Notes under the pieces: model-generated | The model's input: the letters and a program-made list of their open reading frames with translations, nothing else | What the model was told of the DNA's origin: nothing | Databases searched by the model: none | From: Minisyncoccia bacterium | Lineage (GTDB): Bacteria; Patescibacteriota; Minisyncoccia; Phycocordibacterales; UBA2163 | Length of the DNA: 29,583 nucleotides | Direction of reading: 5' to 3' | NCBI GenBank assembly: GCA_046757385.1 | Contig: JBHHYD010000001.1 | Coordinates: forward strand, 1 to 29,583 | Shown: positions 8,442 through 17,321 of the stretch, in pieces | How the letters are laid out: every line of letters begins with the position of its first letter | How positions within the stretch are numbered: the stretch's first letter is position 1 | Translations under genes and position numbers: made by a program

Positions 8442-9851
8442 ATGAATAATAACTTTGACATTATTGTGATTGGCGCGGGTTCAGGCGGGCTTAATATTGC
8501 GGGATTTATGAACCGCGCAGGGTTTAAAGTGCTTTTGATTGACAAAAGCGATAAGCATATTGGAGGAGATTGTCTGAATTTCGGATGCGTGCCAAGCAAA
8601 GCGCTTATCCATGTCGCTAGAACCGTTGCTGGGGCAAAAAAAGCCGGACAGTTTGGCATTTCTTCAGGTGGCGCGGCGGATATGCGAAAAATCAAAAAGT
8701 ATATAAAAGCAAAGCAAAATATTATACGCATTCATGAGAATGCGGAATATTTCAGAAGTATAGGAATGACAGTAGTGCTCGGCGCGGCAAAATTTGTGTC
8801 AAAAAATACTGTTGAGGTAGATGGCAAACAATACAGCGCCAAAAAAATCGTCATTGCGACAGGCTCGCGGCCGCGGCAGATGAAGATTACCGGCACTGAA
8901 AACATTCCCCTCTACACCAATGAGACCATTTTTGATATTGATTTCCTGCCGAAGAAGCTGCTTGTTGTCGGAGGCGGTCCCATTGGGATTGAAATAGGGC
9001 AAGCGTTTAATTATTTAGGGTCAAAAGTCATCATCTTGCAAAAAGAAGGAATGATTTTGCCCAAAGAAGACAAAGATATTGCAAACATTCTCTTGGAGCG
9101 TCTAAAAGAAGAAGGTATTGAATTTTATTTCAATTCCACAGCAAAGAGTATTGCAGGCAATAAACTTTTTGCGGAGAGCAATGGGGAAAATAAACATATA
9201 TCGTTTGACGCGGTGTTTGCCGCCATTGGACGCAAGCTTAACGTCGAAGGGCTTGATTTGGAAGCCGCAGGCATTGAGATGAGCGAGGGTGGAGAGAAAA
9301 TAAAAGTTGACGATTATTTGCGCACGACAAACAAACGCGTGTACCTTTGCGGTGATATTGCAGGAAAGCACCAATTTACACATGCCGCTGAGCTTCATGC
9401 GGGACTCATATTGCGCAACTTCTTCTCTCCTTTTAAGAAAAAGTTAAATACCGATAATTTGTCTTGGGTTACATACACTAATCCCGAAATCGCGACTTTC
9501 GGATTAGGCGAAGGTAAGCTCAAAGAAAAGAATATCGCGTACAAGACGCTTGAATCAACGTTTGAGGAAGATGACAGGGCGATTGTTGATGATTTTAGGG
9601 GCGGTAAGGTAAAGCTGTTCATATCAAACGGAAAACTGCTCGGCGGTTCTATGATAGCGCCAAACGCAGGGGAGCTTTTTCAGGAGCTTGTGCTTGCTCA
9701 GGCGAGCGGACTTGCCATTAAGCATATCTTTAATAAAATTTATCCATACCCAACTGCGTCAAGAATAAATAAGAAAACAATCTCACAGCACTTTTCCGGC
9801 AAATTAACCAAATTCAGCAAAAACTGCTGCGCATTTTATTTCACTGAATAA
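8442..9851 (+). CDS. FAD-dependent pyridine nucleotide-disulfide oxidoreductase (LpdA/MerA-like class I)
   Basis: GAGSGG, GGDCLNFGCVPSK redox centre, GGGPIGIE, GDIAG..FTH, HIFNKIYPYPT; TGA-TATAAT 7 nt before ATG. Confidence 0.9.
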   Translation: MNNNFDIIVIGAGSGGLNIAGFMNRAGFKVLLIDKSDKHIGGDCLNFGCVPSKALIHVARTVAGAKKAGQFGISSGGAADMRKIKKYIKAKQNIIRIHENAEYFRSIGMTVVLGAAKFVSKNTVEVDGKQYSAKKIVIATGSRPRQMKITGTENIPLYTNETIFDIDFLPKKLLVVGGGPIGIEIGQAFNYLGSKVIILQKEGMILPKEDKDIANILLERLKEEGIEFYFNSTAKSIAGNKLFAESNGENKHISFDAVFAAIGRKLNVEGLDLEAAGIEMSEGGEKIKVDDYLRTTNKRVYLCGDIAGKHQFTHAAELHAGLILRNFFSPFKKKLNTDNLSWVTYTNPEIATFGLGEGKLKEKNIAYKTLESTFEEDDRAIVDDFRGGKVKLFISNGKLLGGSMIAPNAGELFQELVLAQASGLAIKHIFNKIYPYPTASRINKKTISQHFSGKLTKFSKNCCAFYFTE

Positions 9852-9863
9852 TTTTTCGCGTGG

Positions 9864-9891
9864 TTGACAAGGTTTTTGTTTTTGATAATAT
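9864..9891 (+). promoter_or_regulatory. Promoter of arsR operon
   Basis: TTGACA (9864-9869)-16 nt-TAATAT. Confidence 0.5.
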
Positions 9892-9909
9892 ATGAGTATA
9901 TATTCATAT
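9890..9909. promoter_or_regulatory. Probable ArsR/SmtB operator overlapping the start codon
   Basis: ATATGAGTATATATTCATAT, palindromic at 9 of 10 pairs; ATATGA-N8-TCATAT resembles SmtB/CzrA-type boxes. Confidence 0.65.
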
Positions 9910-10198
9910 GTTAAACAATAAGACAATAAAAGCCGTAGGTGTTCTTAAAATACTCTCAAGCAAAACGCGCTTCAAGATAATAAGCGAACTTCTTAAAAAA
10001 GAAGAGGGTCTTTGTGTTAAAGAATTGGCTGAAGCGGTCGGCATCTCACAGTCTGCCGTTTCGCATCAGCTTGCGCGACTTGAAGACAAAGAAATTGTAT
10101 CTTCTTGCAGAATTGGTCAGATGATTTGCTATTGTGTTAAAAAAACCGCCCTTACAAAAAGCATTGCGGAAATTATAAGTTATTTTAATAAATTGTAA
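9908..10198 (+). CDS. ArsR/SmtB family transcriptional repressor
   Basis: TRFKII..L...GLCVKELAEAVGISQSAVSHQLARL...IV...RIGQMICY. Confidence 0.92.
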   Translation: MLNNKTIKAVGVLKILSSKTRFKIISELLKKEEGLCVKELAEAVGISQSAVSHQLARLEDKEIVSSCRIGQMICYCVKKTALTKSIAEIISYFNKL

Positions 10199-10202
10199 AA
10201 AC

Positions 10203-10916
10203 ATGAGAAAAAACACTTTAAATAAAGGATCTGCTTCAATCACTGTATCAATAATAATTGCAGTGACAATTATAGCTGTTACATTGATAATAGTTGGTGC
10301 CGATAATTCGGGTTCACAAGGGAATCATTCTTTGGTAGCAAGTGCAGGAAATTCCGATTCAAAGACAATAAATAATTTCAGGTTACCCGATGAAAACGAT
10401 CATATCAGGGGAAACTTAGATGCGCCTGTAATAATTGTGGAATTCTCGGATTTTGAATGTCCGTTTTGCAGCAGACTGCATCCGACACTAAAAAGAATTA
10501 CAGATGAATCACCGGAAAAGGTGTCTTGGGTGTACAGGCACTTTCCTCTTACAACAATACATTCAAGAGCTCGTAGTGCGGCAATTGCTTCTGAGTGCGT
10601 AGCGAAGCTCGGAGGAAACGATTCATTCTGGCAATTTACCGATGAATTGTTTAATAATCAGCGCTCATTGGGAAATAAATTTTATGCCGAAACAGCGTCC
10701 AATCTCGGAATTGAGAAAGAGGCCTTTAATGCATGTCTGAAAGACAGAAAGATTGCAAATGAAGTTGATGCTGATTTGAAGGAAGCAACACGCTCCGGCG
10801 GTCGCGGGACGCCTTTTTCTGTAGCAATTTCAGACAGCGGAGAGATGATTCCATTTTCCGGCGCGCTTTCGTATGAACAGATAAGTGCGATAGTAGACGG
10901 GCTGATAGAGAGTTAA
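10203..10916 (+). CDS. Membrane-anchored DsbA-family thioredoxin-fold protein
   Basis: N-terminal TM; IVEFSDFECPFC, YRHFPL, GTP cis-Pro motif. Confidence 0.9.
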   Translation: MRKNTLNKGSASITVSIIIAVTIIAVTLIIVGADNSGSQGNHSLVASAGNSDSKTINNFRLPDENDHIRGNLDAPVIIVEFSDFECPFCSRLHPTLKRITDESPEKVSWVYRHFPLTTIHSRARSAAIASECVAKLGGNDSFWQFTDELFNNQRSLGNKFYAETASNLGIEKEAFNACLKDRKIANEVDADLKEATRSGGRGTPFSVAISDSGEMIPFSGALSYEQISAIVDGLIES

Positions 10917-10966
10917 CCTTAAATTAAAGGTCGTGGAAATATTATCAAATTAATTTATAAAATATT

Positions 10967-11110
10967 ATGGACAAACACAAAACATACAAATGCTCGCACT
11001 GCGGCTCAAAGGCAGAAGGTGAAGCCGGAACATGCTGCGGAGAAGAGAGAAAAGTATGCGAAGATTGTAGCTCGCATGACCACAAAGATTCAAATACTTG
11101 TGGCTGTTAG
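10967..11110 (+). CDS. 47-aa Cys/His-rich metal-binding peptide (metallothionein-like; not in ORF track)
   Basis: MDKHKTYKCSHCGSKAEGEAGTCCGEERKVCEDCSSHDHKDSNTCGC: 8 Cys, 4 His; followed by a hairpin. Confidence 0.72.
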   Translation: MDKHKTYKCSHCGSKAEGEAGTCCGEERKVCEDCSSHDHKDSNTCGC

Positions 11111-11114
11111 ATTA

Positions 11115-11153
11115 ACTAAACCCCTCATCTCTTCAAGGAATGAGGGGTTTAGT
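11115..11153 (+). terminator. Stem-loop closing the arsR-dsbA-Cys peptide unit
   Basis: 14-bp perfect stem ACTAAACCCCTCAT/ATGAGGGGTTTAGT; weak U tail. Confidence 0.6.
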
Positions 11154-11212
11154 GTCTTGACAAGTGTGCTACAATATAAAAAAAGATTATCAATTTAATA
11201 ACATAAATAAAA

Positions 11213-11569
11213 ATGAAAAAACCAATAATGATAATAATGCTTATTATTGTCATCGCATCCGCATTCTTTGCATATCAGGGGGTGCAGATGCACAATGAAG
11301 TTGCGGTGGAGGAGGCCAAATTTCACGCTCTTCAGGAGTCTTACTTTTCAAACAGCAAAGCCGTCCGCGATGCGGCGGAGTCAAACTCAGAGCTCACGCA
11401 GGATCTTGTTGCAATCGCAAATTATCCATCAACACTTCTTGAGTTGAAACTTGTAGGAATTGGTAAAATCCTTACAGGGATTTTTATTGTTCTATTCTGC
11501 ATCTTGCTTGCTCTTATCATAATGCCTATGCGCCTTGGCAGCATAATCAGGGAAAACAAAGGGCAATAA
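11213..11569 (+). CDS. Hypothetical membrane protein (two TM segments)
   Basis: 118-aa ORF with N- and C-terminal hydrophobic helices; 4 nt before zwf. Confidence 0.75.
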   Translation: MKKPIMIIMLIIVIASAFFAYQGVQMHNEVAVEEAKFHALQESYFSNSKAVRDAAESNSELTQDLVAIANYPSTLLELKLVGIGKILTGIFIVLFCILLALIIMPMRLGSIIRENKGQ

Positions 11570-11573
11570 TGAG

Positions 11574-12998
11574 ATGCGTGTTAATGAACCAACTGTAATA
11601 ATAATCCTCGGAGCCACTGGGGATTTAAGCAGAAGAAAGCTCCTGCCCGCTTTATTTCATTTGTATAATAGAAATCTGTTGCCGGAGAAATTTGCAGTTG
11701 TCGGATTCTCAAGAAAAGATCTCTCAAATGAAGATTTCAGAAAAATTGCAAAAGAAGCTGTAACAAATAAAGACAATTCACATAGTGAAGAGATATTAAA
11801 TAAATTTCTTGAAAATATTTCCTATACACAAGGAATTTTTGACGAAAAGGAAGGGTACAAAGCTTTAAACGAGTCGCTTTCAGATATAGACAATAAATGG
11901 GGAACATGCAGCAACAAACTTTTTCATCTTGCCGTGCCACCTTCTTTGTATGATGATATATTTGAACATTTGGCAAAATCAGGACTTACGATTCCATGCG
12001 GGGCAGACAAGGGTTGGACGAGAGTCTTGGTAGAAAAACCTTTTGGAAAGGACTTGAAGACTGCAAGAGAACTTGATGTAAAGCTCGGCAAGCTTTTTGA
12101 CGAAAGGCAAATTTTTAGAATTGATCACTATATGGCTAAAGAAGCGCTCCAGGATGTGCTCTCTTTTAGGTTTTCAAACTCGCTTTTTGAGCCTCTTTGG
12201 AATAAAGACCATATAGAAAAGATAGAAGTAAAATTTTTTGAGACACTTGGCATGGAAGGCAGGGGCACATTTTATGATGGAATAGGGGCGCTTCGTGATG
12301 TTGGACAAAACCATATGCTACAGATGCTTGCGTTTGCAACAATGGAGAATCCAGGCAAACTTGATGCAGATGCTATTAGGAAAAACAGAGCAGAGCTTTT
12401 AGGCGCGCTCGCTCCTATGAATAAAGTTCAAATAAAAGAAGATACTAAACGCGGACAATACGATGGATATAAAGATGAGTCCGAAGTGGAATCTAACTCA
12501 AAAACAGAGACATATTTCAAAATAAAAGCTTATATTGATAATGACCGATGGGAAGGTATGCCGTTTTATCTTGAGAGCGGAAAGAAGATGAATGAATCAA
12601 AAAAGGAAATATCCATTTACTTCAAAAAACCAACCACATGTATTTGTCCAACTGAAGAAGAGCATAAAGAACATCAGAATGTTTTGTCGTTCAGGATTGA
12701 CCCTGATGAAGGAATCTCAATAAGGTTTTGGGCAAAGAAATCCGGCTTTGATATGTCGCTTGAGCCAAAAGAACTTTCTTTTATGTATAATGACAAGAAA
12801 GAAAACGGAGAGAAAATTCCTGATGCATACGAAAGAGTTTTGTTTGATAGTATAAAGGGCGACCAGACATTGTTTGCAAGTACCGAAGAACTTGAAGCGT
12901 CATGGAAATTCATCACACCGATCTTTGAAGGGTGGAAAGATATAGAGCTAAAAGAGTACGAAGACGGAAGCGCCAGCGAGAACATTATTAATAGTTAA
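11574..12998 (+). CDS. zwf: Glucose-6-phosphate 1-dehydrogenase
   Basis: GATGDLSRRKL, EKPFGKDL, RIDHYMAKE, RDVGQNH, DAYERVL. Confidence 0.96.
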   Translation: MRVNEPTVIIILGATGDLSRRKLLPALFHLYNRNLLPEKFAVVGFSRKDLSNEDFRKIAKEAVTNKDNSHSEEILNKFLENISYTQGIFDEKEGYKALNESLSDIDNKWGTCSNKLFHLAVPPSLYDDIFEHLAKSGLTIPCGADKGWTRVLVEKPFGKDLKTARELDVKLGKLFDERQIFRIDHYMAKEALQDVLSFRFSNSLFEPLWNKDHIEKIEVKFFETLGMEGRGTFYDGIGALRDVGQNHMLQMLAFATMENPGKLDADAIRKNRAELLGALAPMNKVQIKEDTKRGQYDGYKDESEVESNSKTETYFKIKAYIDNDRWEGMPFYLESGKKMNESKKEISIYFKKPTTCICPTEEEHKEHQNVLSFRIDPDEGISIRFWAKKSGFDMSLEPKELSFMYNDKKENGEKIPDAYERVLFDSIKGDQTLFASTEELEASWKFITPIFEGWKDIELKEYEDGSASENIINS

Positions 12999-13008
12999 TT
13001 ACTTTATA

Positions 13009-13908
13009 ATGAAAATAGGATACATAGGACTTGGTAAAATGGGGCTCAATATGGTGGAGCGTTTACTTGAAAGAGATTATGAAATCGTTGCTTTTGCGCG
13101 TAAAGAAGAATCTAGACAGAGAGCTAAAGACCAAGGCGCAGAAACTGTATCTTCAGAGGAAGAGATGGTTAAAGCGCTCGAGCCCCCAAGACTTATATGG
13201 ATTATGGTTCCGTATAAAGCCGTAGATTCTGTAATAGAGGAATTAAAGAAATATCTGGAAGCAGGAGATACAATAATAGATGGTGGTAATTCTCCATATA
13301 AAGAATCAGTAAGAAGAGGAAAAGAATTGAAGGAATTAGGGATTAATTTTCTTGATGTCGGGGTCTCTGGTGGACCTGGGGGAGCTAGAGATGGTGCTGC
13401 GGCGATGATAGGTGGAGAAAAGAAAGTGTATGAAAAGTTCGAACAGCTTTTCAAAGACATATCGGTAGAGGGCGGTTACGGATACATGGGAGATCAGGGC
13501 GCAGGGCATTTTGTAAAAATGGTTCACAATGGCATTGAGTACGGCATGATGCAGGCGATAGGAGAAGGATTTGAGATAATGAAAAAGGCGCCGCTTAATC
13601 TTAATCTCACAAAAATCTCTGAAGTTTACAGAAACGGCACCGTCATATCATCAAGTTTGATTGACTGGATGCACAAGGCATTTGTAGAGGAGGGGGAAGA
13701 CTTAAAGGAGATTTCAGGTGAAGTGTCCCACAGTGGAGAGGGACTCTGGACGGTTGAAGCTGCGAAAGAGTTTGGAGTGCCTGCAAAAATTATAGAAGAG
13801 TCGCTCCAGTTTAGAATTGATTCAAAAGGTAATCCAAGCTATACAGGGCAAGTGGTCTCTGCACTCCGTAATCAGTTTGGTGGACACGAAGTGAAAAAGA
13901 AAAAATAA
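13009..13908 (+). CDS. gnd: 6-phosphogluconate dehydrogenase, decarboxylating (short form)
   Basis: GLGKMG, IDGGNS, DVGVSGG, GAGHFVKMVHNGIEYG, ALRNQFGGH. Confidence 0.95.
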   Translation: MKIGYIGLGKMGLNMVERLLERDYEIVAFARKEESRQRAKDQGAETVSSEEEMVKALEPPRLIWIMVPYKAVDSVIEELKKYLEAGDTIIDGGNSPYKESVRRGKELKELGINFLDVGVSGGPGGARDGAAAMIGGEKKVYEKFEQLFKDISVEGGYGYMGDQGAGHFVKMVHNGIEYGMMQAIGEGFEIMKKAPLNLNLTKISEVYRNGTVISSSLIDWMHKAFVEEGEDLKEISGEVSHSGEGLWTVEAAKEFGVPAKIIEESLQFRIDSKGNPSYTGQVVSALRNQFGGHEVKKKK

Positions 13909-13909
13909 T

Positions 13910-14776
13910 ATGCGTCCTGAGAACTTAAAAACAAAAATATTTTTAGATGGAGGAGATCCGAAGGAGACAAAGGAGATTATAAAGCTTCTCGGTTTTCTTG
14001 ACGGCCAGACGACAAACCCAACACTTGTCTCAAAAAATTCGAAAGCAAAAGAGCGTTTTGAAAAAGGAGACAAGTTTACCGAGAAGCAGATTTTTGATTT
14101 TTACAAAAGTATTGTCGGGGAGTTTTCAGCACTTATACCAGATGGCTCTGTATCTATTGAAGTGTATGCAGATAACAGCACAAGCGCTGATGAGATGTTT
14201 GAACAAGGGAAAGATATGTTCTCATGGATACCAAACGCTCATATTAAATATCCAATCACAAAAGCAGGGCTTGAGGCAGTAGAAAAATCAGTAAAAGAAG
14301 GAATGCGTGTAAATACAACACTCTGCTTTACTCAAGAGCAAGCGGCTGCGGTTTATTCAGCAACCAAAGGAGCGAAAAAAGGAGATGTCTTCGTATCTCC
14401 ATTTGTGGGACGACTTGATGATAGAGAAGAAAACGGCATGGGTCTTATTTCAAATATTATTAAGATGTATAAAGACAGCGATGGTCATAGTGAAGTGCTG
14501 ACTGCAAGTGTCAGGAATATTGACCACTTTCTTTACGCACTGAAACTTGGGAGTGACATAATCACAGCGCCATATGAGATTTTGAAACAGTGGGGAGAGG
14601 GAGGTATGAGAATACCAGATGAGACATGGATTTATCCTGCTGCTGGAGGCTTGAATACAATTGCCTATAAAGAACTTGACCTTAAAAAAGATTGGCGAGA
14701 ATTTGATATCAAACACGAATTAACAGATAAAGGCATTGAGCGATTTGCAAGTGACTGGAACAAATTAATAAAATGA
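13910..14776 (+). CDS. tal: Transaldolase family protein
   Basis: FLDGGD, GQTTNPTL, VSIEV, HIKYP (Schiff-base Lys), VNTTLCF, SPFVGRLDD, LTASVR. Confidence 0.9.
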   Translation: MRPENLKTKIFLDGGDPKETKEIIKLLGFLDGQTTNPTLVSKNSKAKERFEKGDKFTEKQIFDFYKSIVGEFSALIPDGSVSIEVYADNSTSADEMFEQGKDMFSWIPNAHIKYPITKAGLEAVEKSVKEGMRVNTTLCFTQEQAAAVYSATKGAKKGDVFVSPFVGRLDDREENGMGLISNIIKMYKDSDGHSEVLTASVRNIDHFLYALKLGSDIITAPYEILKQWGEGGMRIPDETWIYPAAGGLNTIAYKELDLKKDWREFDIKHELTDKGIERFASDWNKLIK

Positions 14777-15159
14777 GCAAAAAAAATTTTGATAAGTGGA
14801 ATATAAAGAAAAAGAATATAAACGGCAATATATCTAATTTGTTTGTCTCAGAAAGAGAAATATGGTGGTGTTCGCTTGGTGTGAATGTCGGAAGAGAGCA
14901 AGACGGGCATGGAAATGACTTTGAAAGACCAATTGTTATAATGAAGATACTAAGTCCGGATACACTTATTGCTGTTCCATTGAGTACAAAGAAGAGAATA
15001 GACAAATTTCAGGCAGTTGTAACGTTTGGAGAATTAGTAAATTATGGTTTGCTCGATCAACTGCGAGTAATTGATTCAAAAAGGTTAGTAAGAAAAATCG
15101 GAATGGTAGGAATTTCAGAATTTAAAGAAATAAAACGCAAGCTCATTGGTCTTATATAA
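14773..15159 (+). CDS. PemK/MazF-family endoribonuclease toxin, no adjacent protein antitoxin
   Basis: REIWWCSLGVNVGREQDG..FERPIVIMK...IAVPLST...LLDQLRVIDSKRLVRKIG; ATGA overlap with the tal stop. Confidence 0.85.
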   Translation: MSKKNFDKWNIKKKNINGNISNLFVSEREIWWCSLGVNVGREQDGHGNDFERPIVIMKILSPDTLIAVPLSTKKRIDKFQAVVTFGELVNYGLLDQLRVIDSKRLVRKIGMVGISEFKEIKRKLIGLI

Positions 15160-15188
15160 AACGAAAGGCCCGCCGGAGCGGACCTTTC
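15157..15188 (-). terminator. Minus-strand intrinsic terminator ending at the toxin stop codon
   Basis: GAAAGGTCCGC-TCCG-GCGGGCCTTTC-GTTTT on the minus strand; 11 bp with one G.U pair (a C/A mismatch on the plus strand). Confidence 0.7.
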
Positions 15189-15210
15189 TCGGAGGCCGAA
15201 GCCACTGTGT
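15157..15210 (-). ncRNA. Candidate ~54-nt RNA convergent on the toxin gene
   Basis: Between the promoter at 15217-15244 and the terminator at 15157-15188; contains a GGC-UUCG-GCC hairpin; no ORF. TSS inferred. Confidence 0.6.
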
Positions 15211-15216
15211 AACCAT

Positions 15217-15244
15217 AGTATAGCAATGCTAGATAATATGTCAA
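15217..15244 (-). promoter_or_regulatory. Near-consensus antisense sigma70 promoter
   Basis: TTGACA (15244-15239)-16 nt ending TGC-TATACT (15222-15217). Confidence 0.75.
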
Positions 15245-15265
15245 CAGCAATTGTGAATAATAAAT

Positions 15266-16606
15266 ATGAACGTAAAAGAATTAGAAAAAATTAAAAATAA
15301 GGTTTTTGAGGATGCTAAAAGTATTTTGGAAAATAATAGGGTAGATTTAAATGGCGACAGCTACACAAAGCCTGCGCCGAAACTCTATCCATTCCAGTGG
15401 AATTGGGATTCGGGGTTTATGGCTTATGGCTATTCTCATTACGATACTGGGAAGGCAATAGCGGAGCTTCGGTCACTTTTCAAGGGCCAGTGGTCAAGTG
15501 GTTTTCTTCCGCATATTATTTTTCATAAAAAAGCGGAAGGTTATTTCCCCAATTATGATTTTTGGAATACTGCAGAGATTAGCAAATACGCTCCAAAAGA
15601 TCTGCATACATCAGGCATTACACAACCGCCACTTCACGCTGTAGTTGTCTGGCATATATATGAGATTATAAATAAAACTGATCAGGAGAAAGCGAAAAAC
15701 TTTCTCAAAGAATTTTTTCCAAAGCTCCTTAAACTTCATGAATATTTTTACACAAAGCGCGACCCTGAAGGCAGCGGGATGATCACCATTTATCATCCAT
15801 GGGAGTCAGGATTTGATAATTCTCCACGTTGGGATGCGCCTCTTAATAATGTAATTGTCGGAGATATTCCAAAATATGAAAGATTTGATACAAAATTTGT
15901 GAGTCCAAAATTCAGACCTACTGATGCGGAGTATGATAAGTATGTATATCTTGCAAACGAGCTAAAGAAAAAAAATTATAATGATGCTTTAATATACAAA
16001 GATCATCCGTTTAAAGTGAAAGACAAAGTATTGTCATCTATCTTATGTCTTGCAAACAGAAAGCTTGAACTTATGGCGGAAGTTTTAAGTGAAGACAGCA
16101 GTAACATAAAAGAATGGACAAAGAGATTTGAGAAAAGTTTAATGGAAATTATGTGGTGTGAAGAACATAAGCTTTTTTATGATTTTGACGTTGTCGCAAA
16201 CAAGCAGATAAGAGTGAGGACAGTTGGGTCTCTTATTCCTATAATGACAGGGCTTCTCTCAAAAGAGCAGATAGAAGAGATGACTGTACATTTAGATAAA
16301 GTAAACTTTTGCGGTAATAAATCATGCAAGCTTGGTCTCTTGCCTTCAGCTGGTTTTCATGAACATGAATTTAATCACGAACAGTATTGGCGCGGACCGA
16401 TCTGGATCAATATCAACTGGTTTTTATACAAAGGTTTTCTTATAAACGATATGAAAGATCGAGCTGAAAGCATGAAGATTCACATCTTACGCCTCATACA
16501 AGAAAGCGGTTTCTGGGAGTATTATTCACCAATTGACGGAAAAGGCTTAGGGTCAGAGAACTTCTCATGGACTGCCGCCCTTGCTATAGATTTATTATAT
16601 GAATAA
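15266..16606 (+). CDS. GH63/MGH1-like (alpha/alpha)6 glycoside hydrolase
   Basis: YPFQWNWDSGF, SGITQPP, HPWESGFDNSPRWD, YWRGPIWININW, FSWTAAL. Confidence 0.85.
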   Translation: MNVKELEKIKNKVFEDAKSILENNRVDLNGDSYTKPAPKLYPFQWNWDSGFMAYGYSHYDTGKAIAELRSLFKGQWSSGFLPHIIFHKKAEGYFPNYDFWNTAEISKYAPKDLHTSGITQPPLHAVVVWHIYEIINKTDQEKAKNFLKEFFPKLLKLHEYFYTKRDPEGSGMITIYHPWESGFDNSPRWDAPLNNVIVGDIPKYERFDTKFVSPKFRPTDAEYDKYVYLANELKKKNYNDALIYKDHPFKVKDKVLSSILCLANRKLELMAEVLSEDSSNIKEWTKRFEKSLMEIMWCEEHKLFYDFDVVANKQIRVRTVGSLIPIMTGLLSKEQIEEMTVHLDKVNFCGNKSCKLGLLPSAGFHEHEFNHEQYWRGPIWININWFLYKGFLINDMKDRAESMKIHILRLIQESGFWEYYSPIDGKGLGSENFSWTAALAIDLLYE

Positions 16607-17321
16607 AATGTATCATTCAACTGCAAAAGAAATGGAAAAACTTGATATTCTAGCCGTGAAAAACGGTTTGGAGATAAAGCAAATGATGGAGCTTGCAGGT
16701 TTCCATATGGTAGAAGTTTTTCGGAAGCTCAAGATAAGTAGAAACAAAAAAATCACAATAATATGCGGCACTGGAAACAAAGGTGGAGACGGTCTGTCTG
16801 CAGCTCGACACTTATATAACTATGGATACAAAAAGATCTTTATTATTCTGGTGTCTTCAAAAATAAAAGATGACCCAAAGCATCATCTAAATCTTTTAAA
16901 AAAGATGAAAATTCCAATTTATATTTACACAAAAAAAGCTGATGTGCTTATAAAAAAGTCCGATATTTTAATAGATTCTTTGATCGGATATCATTTAGAT
17001 GGAAATGTAAGAGGGAAATTTGCAGAATTAATTGAAATAATGAATAGATCAAAGAAAAAAATTATTTCATATGATCTGCCGAGTGGGATTGATGCTACAA
17101 CAGGTAAATGCCTTGGTATTTGTATCAAAGCTTACGCGACACTTACACTCGCGCTTCCAAAAAAGATTTTTAAAACAAAAGAAGGCAGGAAAATGTCAGG
17201 TAAAGTATTTCTTGCTGATATTGGTATTCCGACATTTTTATATGATAAAATTAAGCCATGCCTGCCGGCAGGCAGGAAAAACAGCCGTCCTGAATTTGGG
17301 GCTGGTGTAACAAAAATATGA
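16599..17321 (+). CDS. nnrE: NAD(P)H-hydrate epimerase (stand-alone YjeF N-domain)
   Basis: MMELAG, CGTGNKGGDGLSAARHL, IDSLIGY, SYDLPSGIDATTG, TLTLALPK, LADIGIP. Confidence 0.9.
   Translation: MNKMYHSTAKEMEKLDILAVKNGLEIKQMMELAGFHMVEVFRKLKISRNKKITIICGTGNKGGDGLSAARHLYNYGYKKIFIILVSSKIKDDPKHHLNLLKKMKIPIYIYTKKADVLIKKSDILIDSLIGYHLDGNVRGKFAELIEIMNRSKKKIISYDLPSGIDATTGKCLGICIKAYATLTLALPKKIFKTKEGRKMSGKVFLADIGIPTFLYDKIKPCLPAGRKNSRPEFGAGVTKI
17259..17274. repeat. GC-rich 16-bp perfect palindrome in the nnrE tail
   Basis: TGCCTGCCGGCAGGCA, encoding CLPAG(R). Confidence 0.7.

Noticed and set aside
8442-9851. Call as mercuric reductase (merA)
   Set aside because: No N-terminal NmerA domain and no merR/merT/merP nearby; the C-terminal CC may result from a frameshift.
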